Positions 37,339-46,573 of a stretch of DNA of 64,000 bases are shown here, piece by piece; position 1 is the first letter of the stretch, and every line of letters begins with the position of its first letter. A model generated the notes under the pieces. The model searched no databases. It was not told the origin of the DNA and was given only the letters and a program-made list of their open reading frames with translations. The translations under genes and the position numbers were made by a program. Source of the stretch: Alphaproteobacteria bacterium (GTDB taxonomy: Bacteria > Pseudomonadota > Alphaproteobacteria > SHVZ01); NCBI GenBank assembly GCA_044223515.1, contig JBGALV010000002.1:64015-128014 (forward strand). Direction: 5' to 3'.

Positions 37339-38556
37339 ATGCCACACCCTCTCTCCGACCGCGCCAAGGACCTTGCCTCCCGGGTGACCCGGTTCATGGA
37401 TGCCCATGTCTACGAGGCCGAAGGTCCTTACAAGAGGCACACCGACGAGGCCGCCGACCGCTGGACCGTTCCGCCCGCGATGGACGAGCTCAAGGCCAAG
37501 GCAAAGGCGCAGGGGCTGTGGAACCTGTTCCTGCCCGAATCCGACCTGGGCGCGGGACTCACCAACAGCGAGTACGCGCCGCTCTGCGAGATCATGGGAC
37601 GCTCGCTGATCGGGGCCGAGGCCTTCAACTGCAGCGCGCCCGATACCGGCAACATGGAGGTGCTGGTCCGTTACGGCACGCCCGAGCAGAAGAAGGCATG
37701 GCTGGAGCCTCTGCTCGACGGCAAGATCCGGTCTGCCTTCTGCATGACCGAGCCCGATGTCGCCTCCTCGGACGCGACCAACGTTCGCTGCTCGATCGAG
37801 CGCGAGGGCAATAGCGGCTACGTCATCAACGGGCGCAAATGGTATGCGAGCGGAGCGATGGATCCGCGCTGCGAGATCTTCATCGTGATGGGGAAGACCG
37901 ACCCGAACGCGCCGAAGCACCAGCAGCAGTCCATGATCCTGGTCCCGCGCTCGACGCCCGGGGTCAAGATCATCCGTCCGATGCACGTGTTCGGCAGCGA
38001 CGACGCACCACACGGCCATGCAGAGATCGTCTTCGAGAACGTCAGGGTGCCGGCCGAGAACATCCTGCTCGGTGAGGGCCGCGGCTTCGAGATCGCGCAA
38101 GGCCGGCTCGGCCCCGGACGCATCCACCATTGCATGCGACTCATCGGCTGCGCCCAGCGCGCGCTCGAGCTGATGTGCATCCGCGCCCAGGAGCGCGTCG
38201 CCTTCGGCCGCAAGCTCGCCGATCACGGCCCGGTACGCGAGGAAATCGCGCGTTCGGCCTGCGAGATCGAGCAGGCGCGCCTTCTGACCCTGGCCGCTGC
38301 CGAGAAGATGGACAAGGAAGGCAACAAGTCGGCCCGCGACGCGATCGCGATGATCAAGATCGTTGCGCCGATGATGGCGCAGACCGTGATCGACCGTGCG
38401 ATCCAGATCCATGGGGCGATGGGCGTGAGCCAGGACACCTTCCTCGTAGATGCCTGGAAGTACGCGCGGACCATCCGGATCGCCGACGGTCCCGATGCCG
38501 TCCATCTCGCCGCACTCGGCAAGCAGGTGATCGGACGCTACGGGGTGAAGGCCTGA
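37339..38556 (+). CDS. acyl-CoA dehydrogenase family protein
   Basis: 405 aa with ACAD N-, middle and C-domains (..[14 protein letters not shown].. catalytic region; ..[11 protein letters not shown]..). Confidence 0.85.
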   Translation: MPHPLSDRAKDLASRVTRFMDAHVYEAEGPYKRHTDEAADRWTVPPAMDELKAKAKAQGLWNLFLPESDLGAGLTNSEYAPLCEIMGRSLIGAEAFNCSAPDTGNMEVLVRYGTPEQKKAWLEPLLDGKIRSAFCMTEPDVASSDATNVRCSIEREGNSGYVINGRKWYASGAMDPRCEIFIVMGKTDPNAPKHQQQSMILVPRSTPGVKIIRPMHVFGSDDAPHGHAEIVFENVRVPAENILLGEGRGFEIAQGRLGPGRIHHCMRLIGCAQRALELMCIRAQERVAFGRKLADHGPVREEIARSACEIEQARLLTLAAAEKMDKEGNKSARDAIAMIKIVAPMMAQTVIDRAIQIHGAMGVSQDTFLVDAWKYARTIRIADGPDAVHLAALGKQVIGRYGVKA

Positions 38557-39578
38557 TGACGGGCGCCGGCCTGGTCGATCTCGACCGCCTGGTTCCCTTT
38601 CTGGAGGCAAATCTGCCGGGCTTCCGCGGACCGGCGTCCACCCGGAAATTCGCCAGCGGCCAGTCCAATCCGACCTTCCTGCTCGATGCGGCATCGGGCC
38701 GCTACGTGCTGCGGCGGAAGCCGTCAGGCACGCTGCTCAAGTCGGCGCACGCCGTCGAACGCGAATACCGGGTGATGAAGGCCCTGGCACCGACTGCGGT
38801 GCCCGTCCCTGCCGTGCATCTTCTTTGCGAGGATGCGAGCGTTCTCGGCACGGCGTTCTTCGTCATGGAGTTTCTCGACGGCCGGATCTTCTGGGATCCG
38901 GCGCTGCCAGAAATCGCGCGCGGCGACCGTGCCCCCTACTTTGGCGAGATGGCACGCGTGCTGGGCGAGCTCGCGAAGCTCGACACGACCGCCGCGGGTC
39001 TCGCCGACTATGGCCGGGCCGGCGGCTATGTCGAGCGCCAGATCTCGCGCTGGGTCCAGCAGTATCGGGCCTCGGAGACGGAGAAGGTCCAGGACATGGA
39101 GGACCTGATCGCGTGGTTGGTCAGCCGATCGGCGCCGGATGACGGCGTCTCGCTTGTCCATGGCGACATCCGCTTCGACAACGTCGTGTTCCACCCGACC
39201 GAGCCACGGATCATCGGCATGCTCGATTGGGAGCTGTCGACGCTGGGCACCCCGCTCGTCGACGTCACCTATTTCTGCACGATGCTGCGCCTGCCGCGCA
39301 CGAACCAGGTGAAGGGATTGGCCGGCCTCGATCGCGCCGAACAGGGTCTTCCGACCGAGCAGGCCTTCCTCAGCGAGTTTCTTCGCCATTCCGGATTCAG
39401 GGGGCAGGTCGACTGGCCATTCTGGATCGCCTTCCACGCCTTCCGCTTCGCCGCGATCTCTCAAGGCGTCAAGAAGCGGCGGATCGACGGGAACGCGTCG
39501 AGCGAAAGCGCAGGCGGGGTCGGCGACATGGTCGCCGTTTCGGCCAAGCTCGGGCTCGACGCAGCCTCCGGGACTTAG
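38556..39578 (+). CDS. APH-family phosphotransferase (aminoglycoside phosphotransferase-like kinase, ACAD10/11 N-domain-like)
   Basis: Kinase motifs: Brenner-like VHGDIRFDNVVFHP (HGD..N) and DWELSTLG (DxE). The ATG overlaps the ACAD stop (TGATG). Confidence 0.8.
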   Translation: MTGAGLVDLDRLVPFLEANLPGFRGPASTRKFASGQSNPTFLLDAASGRYVLRRKPSGTLLKSAHAVEREYRVMKALAPTAVPVPAVHLLCEDASVLGTAFFVMEFLDGRIFWDPALPEIARGDRAPYFGEMARVLGELAKLDTTAAGLADYGRAGGYVERQISRWVQQYRASETEKVQDMEDLIAWLVSRSAPDDGVSLVHGDIRFDNVVFHPTEPRIIGMLDWELSTLGTPLVDVTYFCTMLRLPRTNQVKGLAGLDRAEQGLPTEQAFLSEFLRHSGFRGQVDWPFWIAFHAFRFAAISQGVKKRRIDGNASSESAGGVGDMVAVSAKLGLDAASGT

Positions 39579-39582
39579 GGCC

Positions 39583-40395
39583 TTACTCGGCGGCGATGAC
39601 GGGCGGCGCCTTCCAGCGGTAGCCGAAGGACGGGTAGTTCTCGATCTCGTCGAAGTTGGCGTCGACCGCGCGGAACTTGTCGCGGATCCGACGCATCGCC
39701 GATCGCACGTTGGTGCGGAAGCCGTTGTCGCCAGCACCCGCGATGAAGCCGGCCCGATGGACGCAGTCGTAAAGCGCGCGGTAGGTCGCATGCTCACCGA
39801 CGCTCGCCGCCAGCATCCGGACGATATTGTACTCGGTTACGGTCAAATTGACGTCGATGCCGTCCCAATAGGCTCGACCAACCTTGGCCCGGAGCAACAG
39901 CCGGCCGCGATGAATGTCCTCGGCGGTGGCCGGCCTGAGCCTGACGCCTTCGGCCTCGACGGCCAGCTTGATGCGCTTGGTCAGGATGTCGGTGCCGCGC
40001 GACTTGTCGACGAAGTCGACGGCCCCTTGATCCAGCGCCGCCGCCTCGAAGGATCGCTCGGGCATGCCGGTCAGGAAGATCGTCGGCATGGCTGCGCCCT
40101 GATTGCGCATCCGGCTCAGGAGATCGATGCCGCTCATCGACGGCATCTTCCAGTCCAGAATGACCACGTCGGCCGGGCCGCCGCCTGCGAGGTGGCGAAG
40201 AAGGTCGCCGCCTTCCGCGAAGGCAGTGACCTCGAACCCGTTGTCGGCGAGGCCACCTTTGACCATCTCGCGGAATCGATCGTCGTCATCGACCAGGGCA
40301 ACACGGATCTTGTCCACGATCCGAGCCTGCTCTGCCGGCGCCGGACCGGGGCCGGCACCGGACGTGGCGACGACCTTCTGAAGGATTGTCATCAT
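39583..40395 (-). CDS. OmpR-family two-component response regulator (receiver plus winged-helix), orphan
   Basis: Receiver (VALVDDDDRFREMV...DVVILDWKMPSMSGIDLL..) and winged helix (..LTVTEYNIVRML..). A GAGGG RBS is present. No kinase gene is adjacent. Confidence 0.8.
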   Translation of the reverse strand: MMTILQKVVATSGAGPGPAPAEQARIVDKIRVALVDDDDRFREMVKGGLADNGFEVTAFAEGGDLLRHLAGGGPADVVILDWKMPSMSGIDLLSRMRNQGAAMPTIFLTGMPERSFEAAALDQGAVDFVDKSRGTDILTKRIKLAVEAEGVRLRPATAEDIHRGRLLLRAKVGRAYWDGIDVNLTVTEYNIVRMLAASVGEHATYRALYDCVHRAGFIAGAGDNGFRTNVRSAMRRIRDKFRAVDANFDEIENYPSFGYRWKAPPVIAAE

Positions 40396-40845
40396 CGGAT
40401 ACCCTCGCCGTCCTTGTCGATGCTTCGTCCCTGTGACGAAGTCGTGCTGTTTCCCTAGAACGGCGGAGAAGGCTTCCGGTTCAACGGACTTCTTTAACAA
40501 GCTCAATGTTCGAGAAACCGGGACTCCTGGTCGAGGCGGGCAAAGAACTGGTCCGCCCGGTCGGCTTCGCCGGCCCGGCACATGAACCCGACACTGGCCA
40601 ACCACTCCGCCAATTCGGGCGACGGCCTCGACCTGGCAGCCTGGCTTTGCTGCCGCCTCAACCCGCTCGGTGCACGAAGCCGGTTCACCACCCAGCACGG
40701 GCCAGCCGAAGCCAACGAGCACCATGCAGGCCGCGGTCACGATGACGGATGTCAGCGGCGACCGATCGATCGCCTTGGCCGAGCGGTCGAGGACGGCGGC
40801 GGCGTTGGCACGCGCAACGGGTTCACGGCCAGCTCTATGATGCCC

Positions 40846-41265
40846 TCATGACCGCAACCAAGCGCCGCGCAGCGCCAAGGTTCCATGAAGGAGCGATGGC
40901 AAGGCACGGCGGGAGGCGAGGCGACGATCGAGCTCGCGGGTCAGCGCCTCCAACGGTTCCGTGAGGGGCGGCAGGTCCCGATCGAAAAGGCGGTGAAGCT
41001 CGACGTTGAGGGCGCGATAAGCGGTCGTTGCTGACAAGGCATCCGGATCGCGGGCGAGCGCGGCTTCAACGGCCGACCTGCGGCCGGCCTTCAGCAGAGC
41101 GTCGACATAAGCGTGCAGGTCCGCCTCATCGATCGTGCCTGATGAGCGGCCAACCTCGGCGAGCCGAACCACCTTTACGTCCGGTGTGTCCTGGTTCGCT
41201 GCCTCAAACACAATATTCGTAAAGACGGTCGTCACGGTTCGGCCAGTGGATGCAATGCGATCCAT
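40846..41265 (-). CDS. hypothetical protein (139 aa)
   Basis: High GC3 codon bias is consistent with coding. I recognise no motifs. It is embedded in a ~1 kb low-confidence region. Confidence 0.3.
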   Translation of the reverse strand: MDRIASTGRTVTTVFTNIVFEAANQDTPDVKVVRLAEVGRSSGTIDEADLHAYVDALLKAGRRSAVEAALARDPDALSATTAYRALNVELHRLFDRDLPPLTEPLEALTRELDRRLASRRALPSLLHGTLALRGAWLRS

Positions 41266-41405
41266 TCATAGACACATGTAAATCGATTCTATTCCGCCCC
41301 GTACGGAGCCTCTCCGCGGGAATAATTGTTATCCGGTGCAGTCCATGCAAAGGCGGGAGCCCAACGGCGGCGTTCGCTCGACAAAGCAACGGCAAGGAGC
41401 TCTCG

Positions 41406-42407
41406 ATGCTGGCTAAACCGGGATTTCGGTTACTCGCCTCGCGTCTCAAGTCCACGAGCAAGACGGTCCGAAAAGCGATTTTCCCGGTGGGTGGACTCGG
41501 AACGCGTTTCCTGCCGGCAACCAAGGCGGTTCCGAAGGAAATGCTGCCGGTCGTGGATAAGCCCTTGATCCAGTACGCAGTCGAGGAAGCCCTCGCCGCC
41601 GGCATCGAGGAGTTCATCTTCGTCACCAGCCGCGGCAAGGAAGCGATCCAGGATCACCTCGATCGAAGCCAGGATCTGGAGACAGCCCTTCTGTCGCGCG
41701 GAAAGAAAAACGAAGCGGCCGCTCTCAACACGTGGCTGCCCGAGCCGGGCAAGGTCACCTTTCTCCGCCAGCCGAAGCCGCGTGGTCTCGGCCACGCCGT
41801 GTGGTGCGCCCGGTCCCAGATCGGCAACGAGCCGTTCGCGGTCATTCTCCCCGACGACCTGATCCTTGCGGTCACACCTTGCTTGCGCCAAATGATCCAC
41901 GCCCACGCCCAGGTCGGCGGCAACCTCCTGGCACTGATGCCGGTTCCTCGCGCTCATATCTCACGCTATGGCGTCATCGACCCGGTGACACAGCATGGAC
42001 GCCTGATCGAAGCCAGCGGCGTGGTCGAGAAGCCGCCCGCGGAACGCGCGCCATCGGCGCTCGCCGTGATCGGCCGCTACATCCTGCAGCCCGATATCTT
42101 CCGGTACCTCGAAGAGGTGGAACCGGGTGCCGGCGGAGAAATCCAGCTCACCGACGCGATCGCGAGGATGATCTCCGACCACGCATTGCACGGCTACCGC
42201 TTCGACGGACGACGCTTCGATTGCGGCGACAAGCTCGGTTTTCTCGAAGCGAACCTCGCCTTCGCACTCGGACGAGCCGACCTCGCCGAAGGTGCCGCAG
42301 AAATCCTTCAGCGATATGCGCATCCGCACGCGGAGCCGGAATTCGATCAGGAGATCGTACCGAATCCGCTTCCCGCGGCTTCGAACGGCGTTCGCATCAG
42401 GGCCTAG
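41406..42407 (+). CDS. galU: UTP--glucose-1-phosphate uridylyltransferase
   Basis: KAIFPVGGLGTRFLPATKAVPKEMLPVVDKPLIQY is the signature N-terminal nucleotide-binding motif of GalU. Confidence 0.85.
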   Translation: MLAKPGFRLLASRLKSTSKTVRKAIFPVGGLGTRFLPATKAVPKEMLPVVDKPLIQYAVEEALAAGIEEFIFVTSRGKEAIQDHLDRSQDLETALLSRGKKNEAAALNTWLPEPGKVTFLRQPKPRGLGHAVWCARSQIGNEPFAVILPDDLILAVTPCLRQMIHAHAQVGGNLLALMPVPRAHISRYGVIDPVTQHGRLIEASGVVEKPPAERAPSALAVIGRYILQPDIFRYLEEVEPGAGGEIQLTDAIARMISDHALHGYRFDGRRFDCGDKLGFLEANLAFALGRADLAEGAAEILQRYAHPHAEPEFDQEIVPNPLPAASNGVRIRA

Positions 42408-43027
42408 GCTCGCGCCGACGCACGGCGACCAACGTTTTGCCGCCCGTCCGTCATGCGCCGTAGCGCCTCGCGGCCGCGTGACAACCGCGACATGACAGTG
42501 CCGATCGGCAGGTCGAGCACCTGGGCAGTTTCCTCGTAGCTGAGGCCTTCAAGACCGACCAGCATCACCACCCGATGCTGCTCGACGGGCAAGGATTCGA
42601 GCGCGCGCGCAAGATCGCGAAGCTCGATCGCGGCAGGCTGCGATGCGGGCTGCGGCAAGGAACCGGCGACCTCGTCGAAGTCTACCGCGTCCGTCGTCTC
42701 GGCGCGGCGGCTCACCTGATCGACATGGACGTTGTGCAGGACAGTGAAGAGATAGGCCCGCACATTCCGGATGTCGGCCGGAAAATTGGGCCGCGAAAGC
42801 GCGCGCGCCAGGCATTCCTGCACCAGGTCGTCGGCATCGCCGCGACCGGCAGACAGAACACGCGCGTATCGGCGGAGATCGGCAACGTACCGCTCCACCC
42901 CACTGGGTGAATTGCTCACGATTGGCCCCCTGCCCTCGAGGTCGGCGCCGCGATGGGCGCCGACGCGGTCTGCGTCCCTCAAGAAATAAAGATCCGGGAC
43001 CCGCGGCAGCGTGACATTGCCCGACAC
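42404..43027 (-). CDS. ECF sigma factor (sigma-70 family), no adjacent anti-sigma
   Basis: Region 2 (DADDLVQECLARAL..AYLFTVLHN) and region 4 (LPVEQHRVVMLVGLEGLSYEETAQVLDLPIGTVMSRLSRGREAL). The true start is probably internal to the 207-aa ORF. Confidence 0.7.
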   Translation of the reverse strand: MSGNVTLPRVPDLYFLRDADRVGAHRGADLEGRGPIVSNSPSGVERYVADLRRYARVLSAGRGDADDLVQECLARALSRPNFPADIRNVRAYLFTVLHNVHVDQVSRRAETTDAVDFDEVAGSLPQPASQPAAIELRDLARALESLPVEQHRVVMLVGLEGLSYEETAQVLDLPIGTVMSRLSRGREALRRMTDGRQNVGRRASARA

Positions 43028-43290
43028 GGCAGTGACAAATCTGGGATCGCTTCGGAAAGCCGTCGCACCCCACGAAGTTCTATGAAGAAATATGCGGGAG
43101 ACGGCGGAATAAAGCTCCGCTGTCCAGGTCTGTCTGGTCGAGAGAGCTTTGAGACGCGGCCTGCTAGTCCAGTCGGCAGGCCGATGTTCGAAAGGCGACG
43201 GGACCCATACCTACGGCGACTCCCCCCTGCCGCCCATAGGGTACCGTCGCTGCCGGCGCGCCGCCCACCCCGGCGCGCCGGCCTCTTCTT

Positions 43291-43611
43291 CTAAATCTTC
43301 GAAATCGGCAGCGTCAGGACGAGAAACGACAGCGATTTGCCGTGGCCGTCGAGATTCAGGCTGCCATTCACGCCGCCCTCGAGGGCGTCGTCGATGACGA
43401 AGTTGAGCGCCTTGAGCAGTGGCAGCTCGTAGCGCCGCACCTCGCTGGCTCCCCGCCCCGCGAACAAGGCCTTCACCCTTTCCGGCGTCACCTGCTCGAG
43501 CAGCAGCGGATAGTCTTCTCTTCGGTAGGCGATGACGCTGACGTTGAGCCGGTTGCCTTTGTCGCCGGTCCGCGCATGCGCGATCTCGTGAAGAGGAACA
43601 TCGGCCATCAC
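43291..43611 (-). CDS. DUF4387-like small protein (AtuA-associated ferredoxin-fold partner)
   Basis: 106 aa, coupled downstream of the DUF1446 gene. It contains ..HARTGDKGN.., typical of this partner family. Confidence 0.55.
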   Translation of the reverse strand: MMADVPLHEIAHARTGDKGNRLNVSVIAYRREDYPLLLEQVTPERVKALFAGRGASEVRRYELPLLKALNFVIDDALEGGVNGSLNLDGHGKSLSFLVLTLPISKI

Positions 43612-44984
43612 GCGGCTCCCGTCAGGATCGAGATTGCAGGTCGGATCGACGCCACCGGCACATAGGCCGAGACGGTCCTCACGCGCCCGGTGACCGTTGT
43701 CCGAACGCCCGCCCCTCCGGCGGGCCCGGTCGGATAGAGCGACAGGACTTCACGGGCGATGCGGTCAGCGGTCGCGCGATCGTCCGACGTGCCGGAAAGC
43801 CGGACCCTATAGTCGCCGTCGGGTGGCGGCGCGGCGGACCGTCGGCGGATTCCACCGTCGCTGTCGAAGATGCTGACCGCGCCGATGACGTCGCAGCGCA
43901 CCGGCTGGTTGATGCCGAGCGTCTTGATCCTCTTGAGCAGAACCTCGGCGGCAAGTTCGGCGCGGGCCAGTGCGTTGGGGCCAGCATAGGAGATCTCGCC
44001 TTCGGCAAGGAAACCGCCTTCCAGGCTGACGGTGACCTTATAGGTCGGCGGTGGGGGTGCGCCGCGCACGCCTTGAATGCGCACGCGGTCCCGAGCCTCG
44101 GTCTCCAGCCGGACCCCGGTGATATCCATCGTCACATCCGGTGTCAGGTATGCCTTGGGATCGTGCAGTTCGTAGAGCATCTGCTCGGTGACCGTCGCCT
44201 CCGAGACCAGGCCGCCTGTGCCCGCCGGCTTTGTGACGACCATCGCGCCGTCCCTCGCCACCTCGACAATCGGAAAACCGACGCGATCGAGATCGGGGAT
44301 ATCCTTCCGGCCCGGATCGGCAAAGTAACCGCCGCTCACCTGGGCGCAGCACTCGATCAGGTGGCCGGCGAGGACACCGGCTGCGATCCGGTCCCAGTCC
44401 GGCGGGGCCCAGCCGAACTCATGTAGGAGCGGGCCGAGCACGAGCGCCGAATCCGTGCAGCGCCCGGTGACGACGACATCGGCGCCTTTGGCAAGGGCCT
44501 GAGCGATGGGTTGTGCGCCGAGATAGGCGTTGGCGGCGATAATGTCGCGCCCGCTCAAGTTCGCTCGCTCGTCGTTAGGCCAACCACGGACCGCGTCGGC
44601 TCCGAGTGTCGCCAGAAGATCGTCGCCTTCGACGACCGCGACCTTGAGACCGGACAGGCCGAGTTCACCAGCGACGTCCAGCACGCGCCTGCCCGCGGCC
44701 ATCGGATTTGCAGCACCGAAATTGGCCACGATCCGGATTCCTGATCGCAGGCACTTCGCGAGAATGGGCCTAAGGAAATCGGCAAGGTACGGCGTGAAGC
44801 CGGCTCCCGGATCGCGCCGACGATCGAGCTGGGCCAGCGCCAGCGTCCGTTCAGCCAAGGTCTCGAAGATCAAGTAGGACGGCACGCCGGAAGAAGCGAG
44901 CGCGTCGACCACCGGCCCGGAGGCATCCGTCCGGTCACCGGAAAATCCGGCGCCGCACCCGACATGAACACGATCCGGCGCCAT
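43608..44984 (-). CDS. DUF1446 / acyclic-terpene-utilization AtuA-family protein
   Basis: 458 aa. MAPDRVHVGCGAGFSGDR... with a GxGxxG start is characteristic of the AtuA family. Confidence 0.6.
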   Translation of the reverse strand: MAPDRVHVGCGAGFSGDRTDASGPVVDALASSGVPSYLIFETLAERTLALAQLDRRRDPGAGFTPYLADFLRPILAKCLRSGIRIVANFGAANPMAAGRRVLDVAGELGLSGLKVAVVEGDDLLATLGADAVRGWPNDERANLSGRDIIAANAYLGAQPIAQALAKGADVVVTGRCTDSALVLGPLLHEFGWAPPDWDRIAAGVLAGHLIECCAQVSGGYFADPGRKDIPDLDRVGFPIVEVARDGAMVVTKPAGTGGLVSEATVTEQMLYELHDPKAYLTPDVTMDITGVRLETEARDRVRIQGVRGAPPPPTYKVTVSLEGGFLAEGEISYAGPNALARAELAAEVLLKRIKTLGINQPVRCDVIGAVSIFDSDGGIRRRSAAPPPDGDYRVRLSGTSDDRATADRIAREVLSLYPTGPAGGAGVRTTVTGRVRTVSAYVPVASIRPAISILTGAA

Positions 44985-45194
44985 CTCATGCCCCTCTCAA
45001 GCCCTTGTTTTGACTGTGCGGTCGACCCTTCCGACGGGTCAACCGGAAGGGCATCGCGCGGAAACAGGGGTACCTAGGTGCCGTGACAGCTAAACCCCAG
45101 CCAAATCACTGAAATGCCACACGTGATTAGCCAATTCTAAGGCGTGACAGCGGCAAGCCTTGCCACGGTTTTCAAATATAAAAGAGGCCTCCCC

Positions 45195-45782
45195 ATGAGC
45201 GCGATGATGCATGAAGACATTCTCGACTGCCTTCCCCACATCAACGGTTTCGCGCGACGGCTGACCCGCGACCGAGCGATGGCCGACGATCTGGTGCAGA
45301 CCGCGGTCATGCGGGCGCTCGCCCATGCCCACCAGTACAAGCCGGGCACCAATTTTCGGGCCTGGATCACCACCATTCTCCGCAACTCTTACTTCAACGA
45401 GATGCGGGCCCTGAGCCGGCGTCCGAGCGTCGACATCGACGTCGAGGGCATCGCCGCGATCACCAGCGGCGGCCAGGAAGAGCGCATGAATGTTCGCGAC
45501 TTTTGCCGTGCTTTCCGCCGCCTGTCGGCCGAGCAGCAGAAGGCCCTCCTTCTGGTCGGCCTGGACGGCCGTTCCTATGAGGAAGCCGCGGAGATCGCCA
45601 ACTGCGCCGTCGGCACCATGAAGAGCCGCGTCTCTCGCGCCCGCCTTCAGCTCCAGCAACTGCTGGAAGGCAGCGGCGCGAAGCTGTCGATGCTGCCGAT
45701 CGCGCTGGCCGCCGCCAGCGCCGACGAGGACCGTCCGCGCCGCCGCCGCGCCGCGGCGAAGGACCAGCCGACCGCCCACTAA
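45195..45782 (+). CDS. ECF sigma factor, candidate EcfG-type general stress sigma
   Basis: Region 2 DDLVQTAVMRAL..FRAWITTILRNSYFNEMR and region 4 LSAEQQKALLLVGLDGRSYEEAAEIANCAVGTMKSRVSRAR. An AAAAGAGG RBS precedes ATG 45195. It sits in the phyR-nepR stress island. Confidence 0.7.
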   Translation: MSAMMHEDILDCLPHINGFARRLTRDRAMADDLVQTAVMRALAHAHQYKPGTNFRAWITTILRNSYFNEMRALSRRPSVDIDVEGIAAITSGGQEERMNVRDFCRAFRRLSAEQQKALLLVGLDGRSYEEAAEIANCAVGTMKSRVSRARLQLQQLLEGSGAKLSMLPIALAAASADEDRPRRRRAAAKDQPTAH

Positions 45783-45807
45783 CGTCGATCCCAACGGCCC
45801 CTCCAGA

Positions 45808-45840
45808 CGCCCGCCGGCTTCCGGCGGGCGTCGTCGTTTG
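45808..45840 (+). terminator. Intrinsic terminator after ECF sigma gene
   Basis: Stem CGCCCGCCGG-cttc-CGGCGGGCG, then TCGTCGTTTG. Confidence 0.5.
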
Positions 45841-45950
45841 AGCTCTTCGATGCTTGAATCCTCGCAACCATTCGCACCGAGCGACGGTTGATCACCCGAC
45901 GACGCCTGCGACGCGGCAGGTCGCTCCAAGATCAGTTTCGGAGGAGAGAA

Positions 45951-46367
45951 ATGCTTAAGATTCTTCTCTTGAGCGCCGCAGTGACGACCGGCATTGCCGC
46001 GCCGTCCTTCGCCCAGACTCAGCCGTCGACCTCGCCCAGCGCTCCCGCCACGACCATGCCGGTGACGCCTCCGGTCACGGGACCTGCGCCGGGTGCGATC
46101 AAGGGCAGCACCCTCATCAACATGGACGTCAAGAATGGCGCGGACGAGAAGGTCGGCGATATCAACGACGTGATCGTGGCCGCGGACGGCAAGGTCCAGC
46201 AGGTGATCATTTCTGTCGGCGGTTTCCTCGGCGTGGGAACCCGCAAGGTGGCGGTCGCCTGGAACGACGTGAAGGTCGACACCGCTGCCGACGTGGCGTT
46301 CGTGAACCTCTCACGCGAGCAGCTGGCGGCCGTGCCCGAGTTCAAGGACCGTCGCACCACGCCGTAA
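45951..46367 (+). CDS. secreted PRC-barrel domain protein
   Basis: Signal peptide MLKILLLSAAVTTGIAAPSFA. PRC-barrel core ..LINMDVKNGADEKVGDINDVIV..DGKVQQVIISVGGFLGVG.. GGAGGAG RBS. Confidence 0.7.
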   Translation: MLKILLLSAAVTTGIAAPSFAQTQPSTSPSAPATTMPVTPPVTGPAPGAIKGSTLINMDVKNGADEKVGDINDVIVAADGKVQQVIISVGGFLGVGTRKVAVAWNDVKVDTAADVAFVNLSREQLAAVPEFKDRRTTP

Positions 46368-46573
46368 AGAGATCCTCGGGGCTCCTCGCCTCTCGGGGAC
46401 TGAGGAGAGGACACACCGAGGTCTGGCGCCTCTCCGGCCGCTTCGGCGGATCGGAGAGGCGCCGGTCGCATTTCAGGACCCTCCGTGCATCTACGCCGGC
46501 GTCAATTCCCCACGTCCATAAAAGAAAACGGCCAGGCGATGCCTGGCCGTTTCTCCAAGCAGGCTTGAACCGT

